From NCBI GenBank assembly GCA_951406725.2, contig OX597825.1, positions 2,542,001 through 2,606,000 on the forward strand: a DNA stretch of 64,000 nt. Direction: 5' to 3'. The position numbers and the translations under genes were made by a program. Below, one piece after another: positions 1 through 13,754 of this stretch. Below the pieces are notes generated by a model. The model saw only the letters and a list, made by a program, of their open reading frames with translations. It was not told the DNA's origin and ran no database searches. The stretch is from Octopus vulgaris. Its lineage: Eukaryota. Within the stretch, counting starts at the first letter, position 1; each line of letters starts with the position of its first letter.

Positions 1-39
1 TGACTTATTTCTCTGCATAGCTGATAACCACGCTAGTCC

Positions 40-443
40 TGTCCCTCTCTCACTTTGATTACAGAACCTATTGTATTTTAAAACGTTTGCCAAGAGTTGT
101 TTGCGGAATGTAAGCAATGCCATATTTACTTGCACCTCGCAGTACAGAATGAAATTCTCTGCAACTGGTTTTGTGAACTGCATTTTGAGCTCTGTGAATA
201 TTTTGCTCACACTGCACGCCGCAAGTCCTTCACACGCGTTTATGAAATGTGAGCATTCAGCATTCAGACAGTTCTGTTATTGCAACCATTGTTTTGCGTT
301 ACAGTTGCATATTTCAGGTATTTAGCAGTATTCTCAATGACAAAACCTAATGCTTTTCGGGTAAAGTTATTTACTCAGTAGTCATGTTGCTCATTTTACT
401 TGCTGGGGCAACGGATTTCTTCTGAAAATAGTTAGCTTACAGG

Positions 444-526
<83 letters not shown>

Positions 527-900
527 CATTTTCACATCACAAAACTCTATGTAAGATCTTAAGGGAATTTCTCTGGTCTTTTCCCTATTGATGAAAAAGT
601 ATCTTGGAATTTCTACCAGTAGATTTATGTTCTGCAATAAATAACATTGTTACTGGATGTACTCTTTCAAATGTATTTCATTATAGGAAAAAGTACTGTC
701 GTCTGTGTTTTACTTGGCATTTAAGGTCAGATTTCTGAAAGGAAAACTGTTTCATGGCATAAAATATTTACCAAAACATTCTTTGATATAATTATCTAAA
801 TTATGTCATTACGTTGAAATAGCTCTTCTATACTGAATATATACGTACTTATGAGCATGTCAGCGAAAGCTATACACATTGGTGGAAAAATACCTAATAA
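40..900 (-). pseudogene. Possible highly decayed piggyBac-like transposase relic, interrupted by (TA)n at 448-523
   Basis: Minus-strand translation gives KIFTELKMQFTKPVAENFILYCEVQVNMALLTFRKQLLANVL, resembling the piggyBac C-terminal 'K.F..L....N..ILY...LL.FR..L' region. Upstream LCHETVFL resembles 'LC...GY'. Many stops and frameshifts. Confidence 0.3.
448..523. repeat. (TA)n microsatellite
   Basis: Perfect dinucleotide run read directly; many similar (TA)n runs occur across the window. Confidence 0.97.
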
Positions 901-1330
901 ATCAGAGTCAAAACTTACGGCTACAATAACATATATATATATATATTATTGTATTATATATAAGGACAATTACTAACTGGAACCCGGACATACATATGTG
1001 CCACTTTGGATCCTAATGTAAGCGTTATTAATAATATTATGAATGATAATAATGGTAACATTAATAGTATTGACAACGATAATGATGCTAACTTTAATGA
1101 CACTTTGGAAATTAGTAGGAAGTAATATAATGTACTATTGACTATGTATATTTGCATCTAGGTACTAATATGTGTATGTTTATTATCACAATATTAAGTT
1201 GAAAAACTGAAACATTGAATGTGGAACATATATATGTTTACTAATTTATATTATTTATTTACATTATTATGCATATGTATATTTTTATATATATAGGAGT
1301 GTGAGTATATGCACTCATATGTATATGTAT

Positions 1331-1456
1331 ATCTCCGAAGAGACCTTATGATATTTTTGTAAATGTCTCATTTATATCTATATATTGACCTACCATAAAA
1401 GGCTAATATTGGTAAAATGAGACATACTTATCTACATAGCCGAAACAGCTGTTAAC
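1331..1456 (+). ncRNA. Decayed hammerhead-like motif with long stem II
   Basis: CCGAAGA (1335-1341, one change from CUGANGA), a long insert with an 11-bp internal stem ATGTCTCATTT/AAATGAGACAT, then CGAAACAGCTGTT with palindromic stem III ACAGCTGT. Stem I and the base of stem II are poorly paired. Confidence 0.35.
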
Positions 1457-1489
1457 GCTACTGTATATAACTCACTTTGATATTTATCA

Positions 1490-1793
1490 TTGTTTGATTT
1501 CACTTTTTCAATATCAGCGACAGTGGACGCTGGAAAAAGTATAAGTATTTGTGAAGGAAATCTAATTCTCGGCGACAACTATGATTGTCACACGCTGATG
1601 AGAGGTCAATACCTCGAAACTCGAGTCCGTGTGTATCATAAGTTGAAGACGGGGAGGATGACTTCCCTTTACAAATACTTACAGGACACAGAAAGTGTGT
1701 CTATGGCCAGCTGGAGGAATGTGTCCTCCTGGGGCTAAAAACTACAGTAGCATCCACCCTTAGGGGTAGCCATAATGATATGGCAAATATACG

Positions 1794-1797
<4 letters not shown>
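1490..1797 (+). mobile_element. Non-coding, hairpin-rich HHR-bearing element (PLE terminal repeat or retrozyme-like fragment) ending in (TA)n
   Basis: Contains an intact HHR followed by several short hairpins, is GC-richer than its flanks and abuts (TA)n at 1798-1840. The 5' boundary is approximate. Confidence 0.55.
1589..1633 (+). ncRNA. Minimal type I hammerhead ribozyme (canonical core)
   Basis: Stem I CACACG(1589-1594)/CGTGTG(1628-1633); CTGATGA(1595-1601); stem II GAGGT-caat-ACCTC; GAAA(1616-1619); palindromic stem III CTCGAG; GUC cleavage triplet ending at C1627. Stem I extends via CAAC-TATGAT/ATCATA-AGTTG. Confidence 0.9.
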
Positions 1798-1841
<44 letters not shown>

Positions 1842-1848
<7 letters not shown>

Positions 1849-2560
1849 AAACCTGAGTGTTTTTTTTTTCAGATATACATTATAACATGTTATAATGTAT
1901 ATCTGAAAGAAAAGAAAATGCTAGCAGAAATACTAAAAGCGCGACGCTTCATAGATTGGCCTTCAATCCATGTGCAGAATCATGCTGCACCTGCGGCACA
2001 AAATCAACTTGAAACTGCATTAAGTGGTATAGTTGCTTAATTTTGCTGATGCTGTTATTGTTTTGAGCTTTGACCTCTTTATCTTGTTTTCAGGAAATGA
2101 TTGCATGAATATCATTAATCGATGGTTTTGCTTTTATTAAAACGTTAGGCGTAGGATGTAATTCCAGGATCCATAAGCTGTAATATCTTCTAGAGAATCT
2201 AGGTCTATTATTGTTTAGCATCGGGTCGATGTATCTCTCAATATACTCTTTCGTTTAATGCAGTTTCCAAGATATTTAAATGCACTACTTTTGGAAATGG
2301 TATATGTTTTTTCTGTCTCCATGGTATTTAAGTTGTTTACTTCAATCTAAGAATTCTCTGGTGTTTTTCTTTTATCGCCGAAAGAGAAAACAACCATAGT
2401 TTAAGATATATGAAGATTTACAATACGATGAGCGTCGTCCAATTACATATTGCTTTTGACACACGTCAGCCCCGTCAGTTTTTAAATGCATAGTTTACTT
2501 AGAACTGCAACATCGAATGTGAACTCATTTTCACAAGGTGACTAAACATAATTTATGGGA
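1842..2560 (-). mobile_element. Decayed Penelope-like element 3' end (GIY-YIG relic plus 3' UTR)
   Basis: Minus-strand fragments RCCSSK, DVCQKQYVIG (like C..C..QYVG) and LWILELHPTPNVL (like WI..L.T..P.GLN) occur in the expected order, and the element ends at the (TA)n at 1798-1840. Confidence 0.4.
1867..1908. repeat. Perfect 42-bp palindrome
   Basis: TTTCAGATATACATTATAACATGTTATAATGTATATCTGAAA is its own reverse complement. Confidence 0.95.
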
Positions 2561-3749
2561 AATTCCCTTCTATGCTTTAGAAATGTGAGTGATGTTAACG
2601 CTTTATGTGTTGTTTAATCGAATGCTATTAATTGGTCTACTTTTCAGTTACTTTTCGGACTTTTGACGAAAGTATACTAAAATAGCCGCCAGTAAGCTTC
2701 AGAATGGTTTAATATCCAACAGAATTGTGCCTGTGCACAATTGTTACTTTTGTTTTTCGATTTCAAACAAGATGCCGCATGGTATTTTCTCCGGCCAGTG
2801 GCGAGAAAATGTCCGTCTTCCTCCTTTTGGAGGCGATGGAAAACGCAATGTTATCGATGTAAGCGACTGAATTTAAACCACTCGGATTTCAAGGAAGTGT
2901 GAAGAGGTAAACATTATAAACGAATTTACTTATTTGTTACCTCCTGTGTAAGAGTGAATTTTACGTAATACACCAACGTTCTCTGTAGAACTGCGAGTGG
3001 CAATGTCCACAGAAACAGTGGTTCTGAAATGATGGAACAATAACAATAAAACGCATTTCCTACAATTAAGGAGATTCATTGCATGTCTATCGCGTATTCA
3101 GCGAAAGACGACATAAGAACACAAATGACGTATCTCTCTCTCTTTAGATATCCATTGCTATTATGTTTATTGACGTTCGGTACATTGCCGCAAATTTCGC
3201 TCCTATAGAACACTTGCTTACTAATTGGCAGAACATTATTTGTTACTACTTCACTAATTATGATAGAAATAATCAGGTAAAACTTGGCTGTAACAGAGTC
3301 ACCTGTTCACTACCAACTTGAATACAGGAATGAACAATGAGGCAACAATACATAAGAATCATATATTGACAGAAACACAGCACATGTGTACCTTAATTAT
3401 TTATTAAGATGAAAGTGGAGAAATATGCACAGCATTTACAAAGGTTAGGAAAACGATTGCTCTTCATTAATATACGTAACTAGAAATGATTATCTAAAAC
3501 AAGAATTAGACTGAAATCTTAAAATCTACTTCAATACAGAACGTGCGTTGTGTCTATTGAAATGGCATGTGGGATATCATGCACCTGTATGCATACTGGG
3601 TAGGAAAAGGTCTTTGTGTCACCATAAGATGATAGCAATTGCAGAAGGTGTAAGAGAAATTATATTATCAACGAGTGGAAGTAAAAATGTTAACTGACAA
3701 AAATCAGTGTTCTTTATTAGACTGGAATGATCAAGGGGCATCGTCATTT

Positions 3750-3989
3750 TATATACATACATACATACATGCATACATACATACATACATACATGCATAC
3801 ATATATACATACACACATACATACATACATACATACATGCATACGTATATATATGCATACATACATACATACACACACACACGCAGACGCATATACATAC
3901 ATACATGCATACATACATACATACATGCATACATATATATATGCATACATGCATACATACACACACACGCAGACGCATATACATACATA

Positions 3990-4073
<84 letters not shown>
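3750..4073. repeat. Compound (CATA)n-(CA)n-(TA)n microsatellite with higher-order duplication
   Basis: Read directly; the interruption CGCAGACGC recurs at 3882 and 3968. Confidence 0.95.
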
Positions 4074-4076
<3 letters not shown>

Positions 4077-4793
4077 TGCTCTGTTATGTTTTTAATTGAA
4101 TTCAAAAGGGCGAATGGTTGACTATGGTGGACAATCACATCGCAGTTTACGTCTTTTCGCTTAAATCTGTTTCATATAACGGACTTGCAATGGTTTTCGT
4201 TATTGTCTTTATAACTGCCACAAATCGTCCCACCAATCACTTCACGTCGTGAAGCCATGTGTTAAAGGTTATTCTTTGGTGTTTGAATAAACGTATGAAA
4301 AACAAATTTGAAGGAAATATTTGTCATCTTTCATACTTTCTATTCATAAGCCAATAGGAAATAAGAGTTGCTAACCAAGGATAAAAGACTGTGTCACATT
4401 GCGTTATGGAAGTTTAATGAGGTTCCACTGAGATTCAAAAACACACAAAGGCATATAAACCCCCAATGATAAAATCAGAACTTAAACATTGCAGGACAAC
4501 AGACATGGGTTGGAAGTGACGAATATATGATTCCATGAATCTCATTCCCAAAATAATTATTTTATTCACCTGGTTGGTACTAAGGTCGTCTCAGGATTCG
4601 TATGGGGAGCTTTGATAATAAAAAGAAGATAAAAACAGTATGTATGTGATATATCCTTACAAAGTATTTTCAATATATTCGTAGCTTAACATGAGATTCC
4701 AGGAAATATTGAAGTCTAAAAAAAACGGACTGCATAAGTTAGGATCTCACAAACCGTAGAAAAAATATTAGAAAATGCACACGCATGTCTACC

Positions 4794-4901
4794 TATGTAT
4801 GTATGTATGCATGTATGTATGTATGTATGTATGTATGTATGTATGTATGTATGTATGTATGTATGTATGTATGTATGTATGCATGTATGTATGTATGTAT
4901 G

Positions 4902-4942
<41 letters not shown>
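4794..4942. repeat. (TATG)n-(TA)n microsatellite
   Basis: Read directly. Confidence 0.95.
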
Positions 4943-4946
<4 letters not shown>

Positions 4947-5050
4947 TATGTGCGTGTGGTTTGCATCTGTAGAAATACGACACCGTTTTAGGCATTTTTG
5001 ATATACATATGTACATAGAAGCCCATATGTAAACATACATGAATGTGTGT

Positions 5051-5086
<36 letters not shown>

Positions 5087-5332
5087 GAATATACATGCAT
5101 ACACCTAAAAGTGTGCCTTTGTTTTATTTACACGCACACATGCTAACAGATATATACACACAAACACAGAAAAACACACACGCATACACGGCGACAAACA
5201 AACACACACACTCTTTCATATGATATAAACACACATATTCGCGTGTGTATAAAGTTTCCATCTAATGTATAAGCGTGTATATTTGCAATGCCTGAATGTG
5301 GTGTGTAAATATCTGAAGTCACGCACAATTCT

Positions 5333-5392
<60 letters not shown>

Positions 5393-8300
5393 CATATATC
5401 GCTTATTTTATGAAACATTGTTTTGTTCTTTTATTTTTTACAGAATTTTTCCAACTGTACGAAGCATTTCTTATGACACAAACAGTTTTCAATTTATTTC
5501 TTTCAATCGATAAACATTTGTCGTTACCAAGGAAACTAAACACTATTAAACGAGTGAAGTAATAAAAGTTCTTGCCACTAACTCTGTGAACTTGCTATAA
5601 ACAAATATATTGACATTATAAGAACTACTATTAAACTATATTACCTATGAAAATCTTTTGCTAGATTAATCAAAAAACATGGACAGCTGAGAACAATAAA
5701 GAAAATGTAAACGAAACGAAAAAAAAGACAATAAAAATAAACAAATGCTAATATGATGCTAACTTTGAACTAGTAGGTATTATTTTGAAAGGTATCGCAG
5801 GTAATAAGTCTCAGAGTAAATGTTCCTTGATAGGAGCTCCAACATTATGAAAGAGAGCATCTCATGCTATCTAAACAGAATAACAATAAAGGTAGGAATT
5901 AATGTTGTGGGACACACTTAGATCTCCTCGGCGAAATTCAAACACAATCAAAACAATGTATTAATGATATTCAATTTAAGTGTGTGATATATAAGTGTGT
6001 TGTTTGTGCACTTCACACAATATAATCTCAAATCCCGCCGTGACCAACATCGAATTTCAGTAGTCTGGCTTCGATAACGTAAGTAGCAATAAATTACCGA
6101 GCCATTATATAATATATAAGCTCCAAATTAAAATATGTGGTCACCTGCCTTTCATTACATCTGTACGTCCAGAATTTGTACATTCTTAAATATGCAGCCT
6201 GTTTTTTTTTTGTCCCTGTTAATTCTATTTAAAGACAAGACGGAAAATAAAACATATTTTCTCATGAATTTGGATATGCATATATATACACCTATGTAAA
6301 AATACATATGCACGTATGACTGTATGAATGCATATACATACATGCATATATAAATACACACACACACATATATATATATGTAAACATACACACACGTAAT
6401 ATATATATATATAATTATTTAAGACCATGTGACCAAACTACAAAAAGTAAGGCAAAGGTGAGTATGAGAATTTAATTTGTCATTTGGATTGCATAAGATG
6501 GTAAAGCAACAGTTTGTCTCTCGTACCTATTCATACCATTCTTCGTCACTGCACGTAGAAACTCTCTGCCGTGCAGAGGCATCGTGATGTCTCTGAAGTT
6601 TCAACAGAAAAATGATGCAGAATACACGAAATCCTTAGAGGACTCAGCTTTGTTTACAGAGTTGTTGTTGAGAACAAAATTGGCGCCAATGGAGAAAAGT
6701 CTAGAAATGCTGAAACAAGCATAGAAGTCAAGCCACACGTTCGGGGAAAAGTGTTTCGGCGTCGCTGAAACAATTCTGATTTATTTGACATCCAATGTTT
6801 TTTTTTAATATTTCTCTTCATATCTCTCTTGCTGTGTTTTTCTTTTTGTGAACATATGTTTTTATGAGTGTGAGGAGAAGGAATTCTCTCCAAAGATCTT
6901 TCTCGCTCAGTCGTACTATCCTTGTGTACACAGTTCGTCGTGGCGAAAATTACCGTAACCAAATCAGGCAGAATGCTCAACCAGCCATGCAAGATTATCA
7001 GCGTCCAAAAAGCAGCGCCGAATTGGTTTATTCTGCAGTGGGACACATTCCATTGTGAACTGCCACGAGTCGCATGCGCATAGTTGAATTGACTCAAATC
7101 TCATGAGTATTTTTTTATTCACACAAATGTACCATAGTCACAATGTCTTATAGAAAGTGTTGGAAGACTTTGGGTAACGGAGAGTATTTACAAAGTCGAC
7201 GAATCAGGAGTCGATAACAAATTTCAAGGAGAGAAGCGTGTAAGTTGGTTCTGATCGAATGGAAACGCTGAAGCTAATGAAAATGAATTTTTTTCTCATT
7301 AGTGACCGAAAGCCGGAAAGGACGTCTGAGCCCCAGCAATGATGTTTACCTCCTATTTAAGGCATGATTCATTCAAGATCAAGCGTTAGTCAAAGAAAGA
7401 ACGGTCGCTTTTTTTAAAAGAATATGAGTTTAGCATTCCCCTTTATTTTATGAAACGTATCTCAACTAGTACAAGTAAGCACCCAGACAATTTAAAGAAG
7501 GCATCCACGTTCACAATTACAATGCCTGACCGCAACAGGCAACGAGAAATTGTCATTAATTTCCCCTCCACACTGCAACCTTCCTATAGTAATCCACCTG
7601 CTCGATTATAGAACAGTCTTGATGAAATCAGTTGTGAAAATTGCTTACAACAATGTACAACTGAATTGCTTCACTGATTTACGTATACGAAATATCTTAT
7701 CTTCATGTCGATAGTCTCAAAATATTACGGATCACTTGTTCAACATATTGAAGGTTACCACCATTGAATGGTACAACACTACGAAGCAGGGTGTACGTAT
7801 ATATCATTATTATGTATTTTATATAGGATGATAGTTTAGATGCTGTTCCCGCTTACAGTTCAATCTATGTTCCTACTATTAAAAACAGGATTTTGACCAC
7901 AATCAGTATTATGCATTTGTAATGACACATCTACGAGAAAAGCTCACCAGCATCCGTCAAACATCCCAGCGATCTCTCCAACATTTACTGCCAATGGAAT
8001 TGTGGTCCCTTGTGCCTTGACTCACATATCAATATCTATCTGATTTCCCTGAAATGTTAACTGCAGAATTGAATTAATTGTTTCAATAATAATTCATCAA
8101 TCATTTAGCGTTGTGTGTATTTAAGAAGAGTTCATTTTACTAATGTTAAGCATAGGAAGATATGCTAATTGGATTTCAGTTGTCAATAAGAATTAACTCT
8201 CTTGTGTTAAAATATAGTACGAATTATTATCAGAAAAATGGTGCTTCCTCTCTAATCATCAGTATGTAGTATTTATTTCTAAAGCAAGAATACCCAGAGG

Positions 8301-9709
8301 ATCGTTAGAAAGTGGGACAAAATGTCTATACATGTACATATATGTATACTTATATATACACATACACGCATCTCTATCGATATTGATCAATCTGTTTCTT
8401 TATATATCTGTTTGTCTATCTATCTTCAAATTTATAGCCACTATCCATTCTCGCGCACTCACACACCACGCGGCAGTATCCTAGGGCTATTCAATCTTCG
8501 AAAACTGAACACTAGCTTTCGGCTTTCATTTTCAATGGAATTAATCAATAAGTTAATCACTCTTCGGTCACTGTCCTGAATGCGATTTTAATTTATTATA
8601 ATTTAGTGTATATCATACAAATCATGCCAGCGCATACTTTACTACCTATAGTATATACTAACACACGAGAAAATATACACACCAACCCAGGCAAACCTAA
8701 AGATAGCGTCACTTTCTATCACTCTCTGTTTTGAAAAGTGAGAGATTTCAGTAAATCCAATGTTCTCTCTACCATCGATCATTTTAATCCTTTTATATTG
8801 AATCTGAACTAAGCATTTTTCTTACGTTTCCGTTGCTTGTTCTGCTATTAGTACTTTCCATTGTCAGCATATATATTTTACCTCTTCACCCCACAATCAT
8901 AACATACATATCGCGGTCTAAATTGAGAATTTTTTTCATTTAGAGGATAATTTAACTTGCCCCAGGATTAGAAACATTGGTGATGCCACCACTAGCTCTC
9001 TAATCACGACGTTCTCCACAGTTTCGTTCTGTTATATATTTCCAGTGAAATAAATTTTTGAGCAGTTGTATTGAGACTTTGAATGTCGGAATGCATGCGG
9101 GCAATATAAAAATTAATATTTCACCATATAACGGCAAGTAAATACAGCACCAACATCACAACGGATAAATATTTTAAAATAGAGGTACAGATGTCTGAAC
9201 TTCCTATTATGCCATCCAGTGTATAGAAGTGTAATATACCATACCGTCTAGCCAGAAAAGTTTGTAAAAAATTTGATGATGAAGAGACGGGAGATAATTG
9301 CGTCGCTGAAATCAAGGAATTTATATGCAAACTAGAATATCCATCCCAACTTACAAAACCACGTTATGCAACGTGTAAAATACGGATTAAAAAGCTTAGA
9401 GAAACTTAAGTAAGAAACAAGAGATCAGTATATCATTACTTTTAAAGTAACTCACAATATATCTCTTCAAAATATTCTAAATGTTCCCAGATCAATCTTG
9501 TCTGACAAACATGCAAGTACTAGAGTAACTGATTGAATTTGTGATCCTACATTTGTTTAATATGAAAGGGAACTAAAATATTTGAAGTAACTTTTCACAA
9601 AGGCAATGTTTGAACTAAATAACAATGATAATATATCCATGCTACGCGAATGTAAAAGCGGTTATCACATACCACTCAGTATATTAACATGAGAATCACA
9701 CTTATAGTA

Positions 9710-10150
9710 TTGGGTCAACCCATAAATTAAGGTGAGCAGAAGTTATTTTTTACTCTTTTCATTTTCTACAATACTCTTCCATCTATCTGCTAGACTTGCA
9801 AGGTCCCTCTTCCAAAATTCACTTGTCCGTGACGAAAAATACTCCTCTAGTATTGTTCTTCCCTGGTCTACAGAATTCATGTTTTCTGTCCAAATGATTT
9901 TGTAGACAGCGGAATAAATGATAATCAGATGGGGCAATGTCCGTCAATTATGATGGTTGGTGCATCGTTCCCCATTCAAACTGTTCCATCCTTTGGAATG
10001 TCATCCTCACTGTATGTGGCTGAGCATTATACTGATGAAGAACACCTTTCGTCTTGAAACCAGATACGGTCTTCTTTCTTCTACCGCTGATTTAAGCTGC
10101 TCATGTTGCTTGCAGTAGATCTCCTTTGTTATCGCTTGGTTTGGGTTTAA
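9710..10150 (-). mobile_element. Mariner transposon 3' remnant (pseudogenised transposase C-terminus plus one terminal inverted repeat)
   Basis: Frameshifted minus-strand peptides ITKEIYCKQHEQLK, VFFHQYNAQPH (HDNARPH motif), DIAPSDYHLFR and EEYFSSRTSEFWKRDLASLADRWKSIVENE. TA followed by TTGGGTCAACCCATAAAT at 9708 looks like a mariner TIR end. Confidence 0.85.
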
Positions 10151-12583
10151 TGCAGCTATATACATGAGAATACATGCATAAAACTAAATATACAAATCTA
10201 TACAAATAAATACATCTATACAACCATACATACATACATACATACATACATACATACATACATACATACATACATACATACATACATGTATACATACATG
10301 CATACATGTATCTACGTATAAAGATATCTATCAATCTAACCATCTACATATATGTTAATGAAGATGATGATGTTGTTGGCGGTGGTGGTGGTGATGATGA
10401 TGATGATGCTTGCCTCGAGATAATATGATAGCCATCTCACATACAAAGGATGGATTGACATGTGTACCCGAATGAATATAAATAACAAAATGCATGTACA
10501 GAACTTTTGTCACTCACCCCGTGACGATTGTAGGTTCCACTATAAAAATAAATTGCAGCATTACTATTTTGGCTGTGTTACCCACGTTTTTTTGGAAACT
10601 GATACGATATTCCTATATCAATGTGTTATAACTCACAAATCGGAACATGAGAAGTATTACGTCCAAGTGTGAGGATGGACGTCGGAGTATTGGTAATTAA
10701 AGAGACACACACGGGGCAGAGCGCGGCGAAGAGAAAGAGAGACAGAGCGAGAGATAGAGGGATGAAGAGACAGAGAAAGAAGAGAGAAAGGAAAAGACGT
10801 TGTGCGAATATATCCAATCACTTACTGTAAATAAAAATCAATGGCACGTAGCCTTCCATCAATTAATAAGATAGAAAATATTTATTTCGTCCTTGTCCTC
10901 CTGGCCGTTCGCTAATGGACTCGTCTTGTCCCATATTTATTCTTGTTCGTATATCCACTTTTGAGTTGCATGTCAATCCATTTATCGTGTGATGTGTTCG
11001 TACTTGTTAAGTTTTAGTCCCATTTCCCAGCGAATAACTCTTCAGTACCCCTCGTGTATGTGTGTGTGTGTGTCTATGTGCGTGTGTGTGTGTGCATGTA
11101 CTATAGTAGACGCTTATTCTATTGTACTGCTATATTTATCACAATTCTTTAGTGTCTGTGTATGCTGCACGTTTACACCACAATTTCTTGTGGCATGTAT
11201 GGTATCTCGAAGCTGGAGGCCAATGCAAACTTTTCTCTTTCATTGCATTACAATTATAGAGAATTCCTTAGGTACCTGTACACCTGTCTATCTAGTATTC
11301 CATTTATCTGTCTGTTCATTTCTCTTCCTGCATTTCTGTGTGCTTTTTTTTTTAGTGTTCCTAGTTTTCTATTTTACTTTCGTTAGGCAATTGTCTGGCA
11401 GCATCGATGAGGTCCTACACGTCACAAGATTGAACTTGGATATAAGCACACAGTCTCTCCGTTGGAATCCTCATGCGGTTAGTTAAAACGCAATTTCTTT
11501 GCAAATGGTGACGTGGTTATCGAAGAAGACCCTTATAAGTTTATTGAATGCATTACTGGCGGCGATTCATTTCATTAAAAAATTCATAATAGTCATACGG
11601 GCATTTTAATTATTCGGTCATACCCGAATGTAAGAATGTTTTGTCTACATAATGTGTTCAATACAGCATAAAACACATCTATTAGCATCTGAACATTGAA
11701 ATCGATCCTGAGAAAGCTATGATTAAACACTCAGTCAAGTTAATGCCACCTGCAGTTAATTTATTTCGTCACTGAATATATGTAACTTAATTTCTTGAAT
11801 TTTTAAATTTTTGTAGATACATATTTTATAAATTCTCATTGATTACTGTTAATTTAATTATAATCAATAGAGCTCACTATAATGGAAAACTAATATGTGG
11901 CTTTTTTTTCCATTTCTCCTGCTAACATGCATTAAATATAAATAATTTTTTTTACAAGACCGTTAAAAAGTGATGTCAGATTTGATTTTAGCTAATGTTC
12001 TTAAAGCTGTATTATATCAAAAATACAACACAAAACTTGCCTAAGGCAAAACTCCAGTATGGGCACGCAAGAAATTATTTTTAATATGGCTATTAAACAG
12101 TAATAGTTCTACGTTGCTCTCTAGCATTTTGCAAAGGTCTGTAACCAAGGCAAGTTCTTTAATCAGCGTATAATGTATGTGCGTGAGGGTGTATACATAC
12201 GTATACACATATGCGCGCGCTCATACACACAAACACACACACATACACGCACAAACACACACATATGAAGCGAAGTGTATTTTCACGCAGGAAAAAATAT
12301 GAGAGGACTGAAAATGCGAAGCACTTTTTCCATTTTTCCCTTTTTCCATTTCTTTATTTTTTTTTTAATAGCAAATACGCAGTATGACTGAACTTTCAAT
12401 CATATGATCTTCATCGAACATTTAAGCTTATATTACTGTCTATCTCTGTGAAACTCATTGAAATTTCTGTGAACATTTGAACATTCCTTTCTTTACAGGT
12501 GTTTCTCTGAATTATATCTTTTTAACATTAAACTCTCCTAAATTCTTTATTTATTATTTTTACCATTGCTGAACACAAATTAT

Positions 12584-12825
12584 AAGGTTATTTTCTCGGA
12601 CGAGTCATACTTTACCTTATTTCCGACCACCGGCCGAGTATACGATACGTGTGGAGACAGCCAAAGAAAGCAATTGATCCAGACTCCCTTTTTCCAACTG
12701 TTAAACATGGAGGAGGTTCTGTGAGGATTTAGGAGCTATATCTAGGAAGTTTGCCGGCCCAACGGTTTCTCTGCATGGCAGAATTAATAGTAAGGTTTTC
12801 CCATTATTTTTTCAGGCTGAGTATA
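12584..12825 (+). mobile_element. Tc1-family transposase fragment (internally deleted)
   Basis: KVIFSDESYFTLFPTTGRVY, then (after a frameshift) VWRQPKKAIDPDSLFPTVKHGGGSVRI*, then SLHGRINS: the FSDE and PTVKHGGG motifs of Tc1 transposases. Confidence 0.85.
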
Positions 12826-13261
12826 TGTATATACATATATCATCTCCTCAGCTAACTATGATTTCCGTATATCCTATTGACAAGATTCTGTTCTTACTCG
12901 CTAGATTTTACATATAATTCTTGTAATGCTATAGCAATAGAATCTACGTTCAATTACCATAATCTCTGCGTAGTCAGCAATTTTAAGTGGAAACATTTCT
13001 TTCTTTGCTGTTGATATTTTACAAAAAGAAACCATGTCTACAGCACTAGCGAAATATTTAATTTTAATTTATTTCGTTTTTTTCAAAAACATTTTCATTC
13101 TTGTATTTGCTACGGCGTGCATTAAAGTGCATTGAATCAAAATATGCAGTCTTGATAAGCGTGACCATCATAACACTTATTTTTGCACCTCTATATGCAT
13201 ATATCTTTACATATGTATGCGTCGATGACCATCTGTCTCTGTCTTTCTCTCTCACACCTTC

Positions 13262-13681
13262 TATGGCTGTGTTGTAAGAAGTTTGCTCCCCAACCATATT
13301 TTTCCGAAGTTCAATCCCACAGGGTGACACTTTGCACAAGTGTTTTCTAACTTGTAATATTGTCCCGGCCTCTTGAAGCTACTTGCCTGAATTTTGTTAA
13401 CGAAAACTGGAAGAAACCAGTCGTATGTGTGTGTGTATGTGTTTGAGAACGTATATGTGTGCGTTTGTGTATTTCTGTCTGTGTTTGTTCTCACTATCAC
13501 TTGATAACCGGTGCTGGTGTGTGTACGGTCATGTAAGTTAGCGATTCGGCAAAAGATTCGGTAGTATTGTTCCAGTCTTGAAAAAGAAACTTATTGAGGC
13601 CGATTCATTGGAATAAAAATTTCGAGCCACTGCCTCAGCATAGTCGAAGTCATATGACTAAAACACATGAGTGATAAAATA

Positions 13682-13682
<1 letters not shown>
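13262..13682 (+). mobile_element. tRNA-derived SINE family A, diverged full-length copy
   Basis: A-box-like TGGCTGTGTTGTAAG, B-box-like AGTTCAATCCC and an internal (TG)n-rich spacer; similar along its length to the copy at 17219-17652. Confidence 0.75.

Positions 13683-13753
<71 letters not shown>
13683..13753. repeat. (CA)n microsatellite
   Basis: Read directly. Confidence 0.97.

Positions 13754-13754
<1 letters not shown>

Noticed and set aside
1704-1772. GGCCAGC...TCCTCC resembling the start of an HDV-like ribozyme
   Set aside because: P1, P3 and P2 pairings of the nested pseudoknot could not be built.
6900-7800. Possible MULE/FLYWCH transposon relic (similar hint at about 22000-22380)
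   Set aside because: The motifs are too eroded to support a call by eye.
10026-10075. CTGATGA...GAAACC...GGTC on the plus strand
   Set aside because: Stem I does not pair, and the sequence is the antisense of the mariner transposase.
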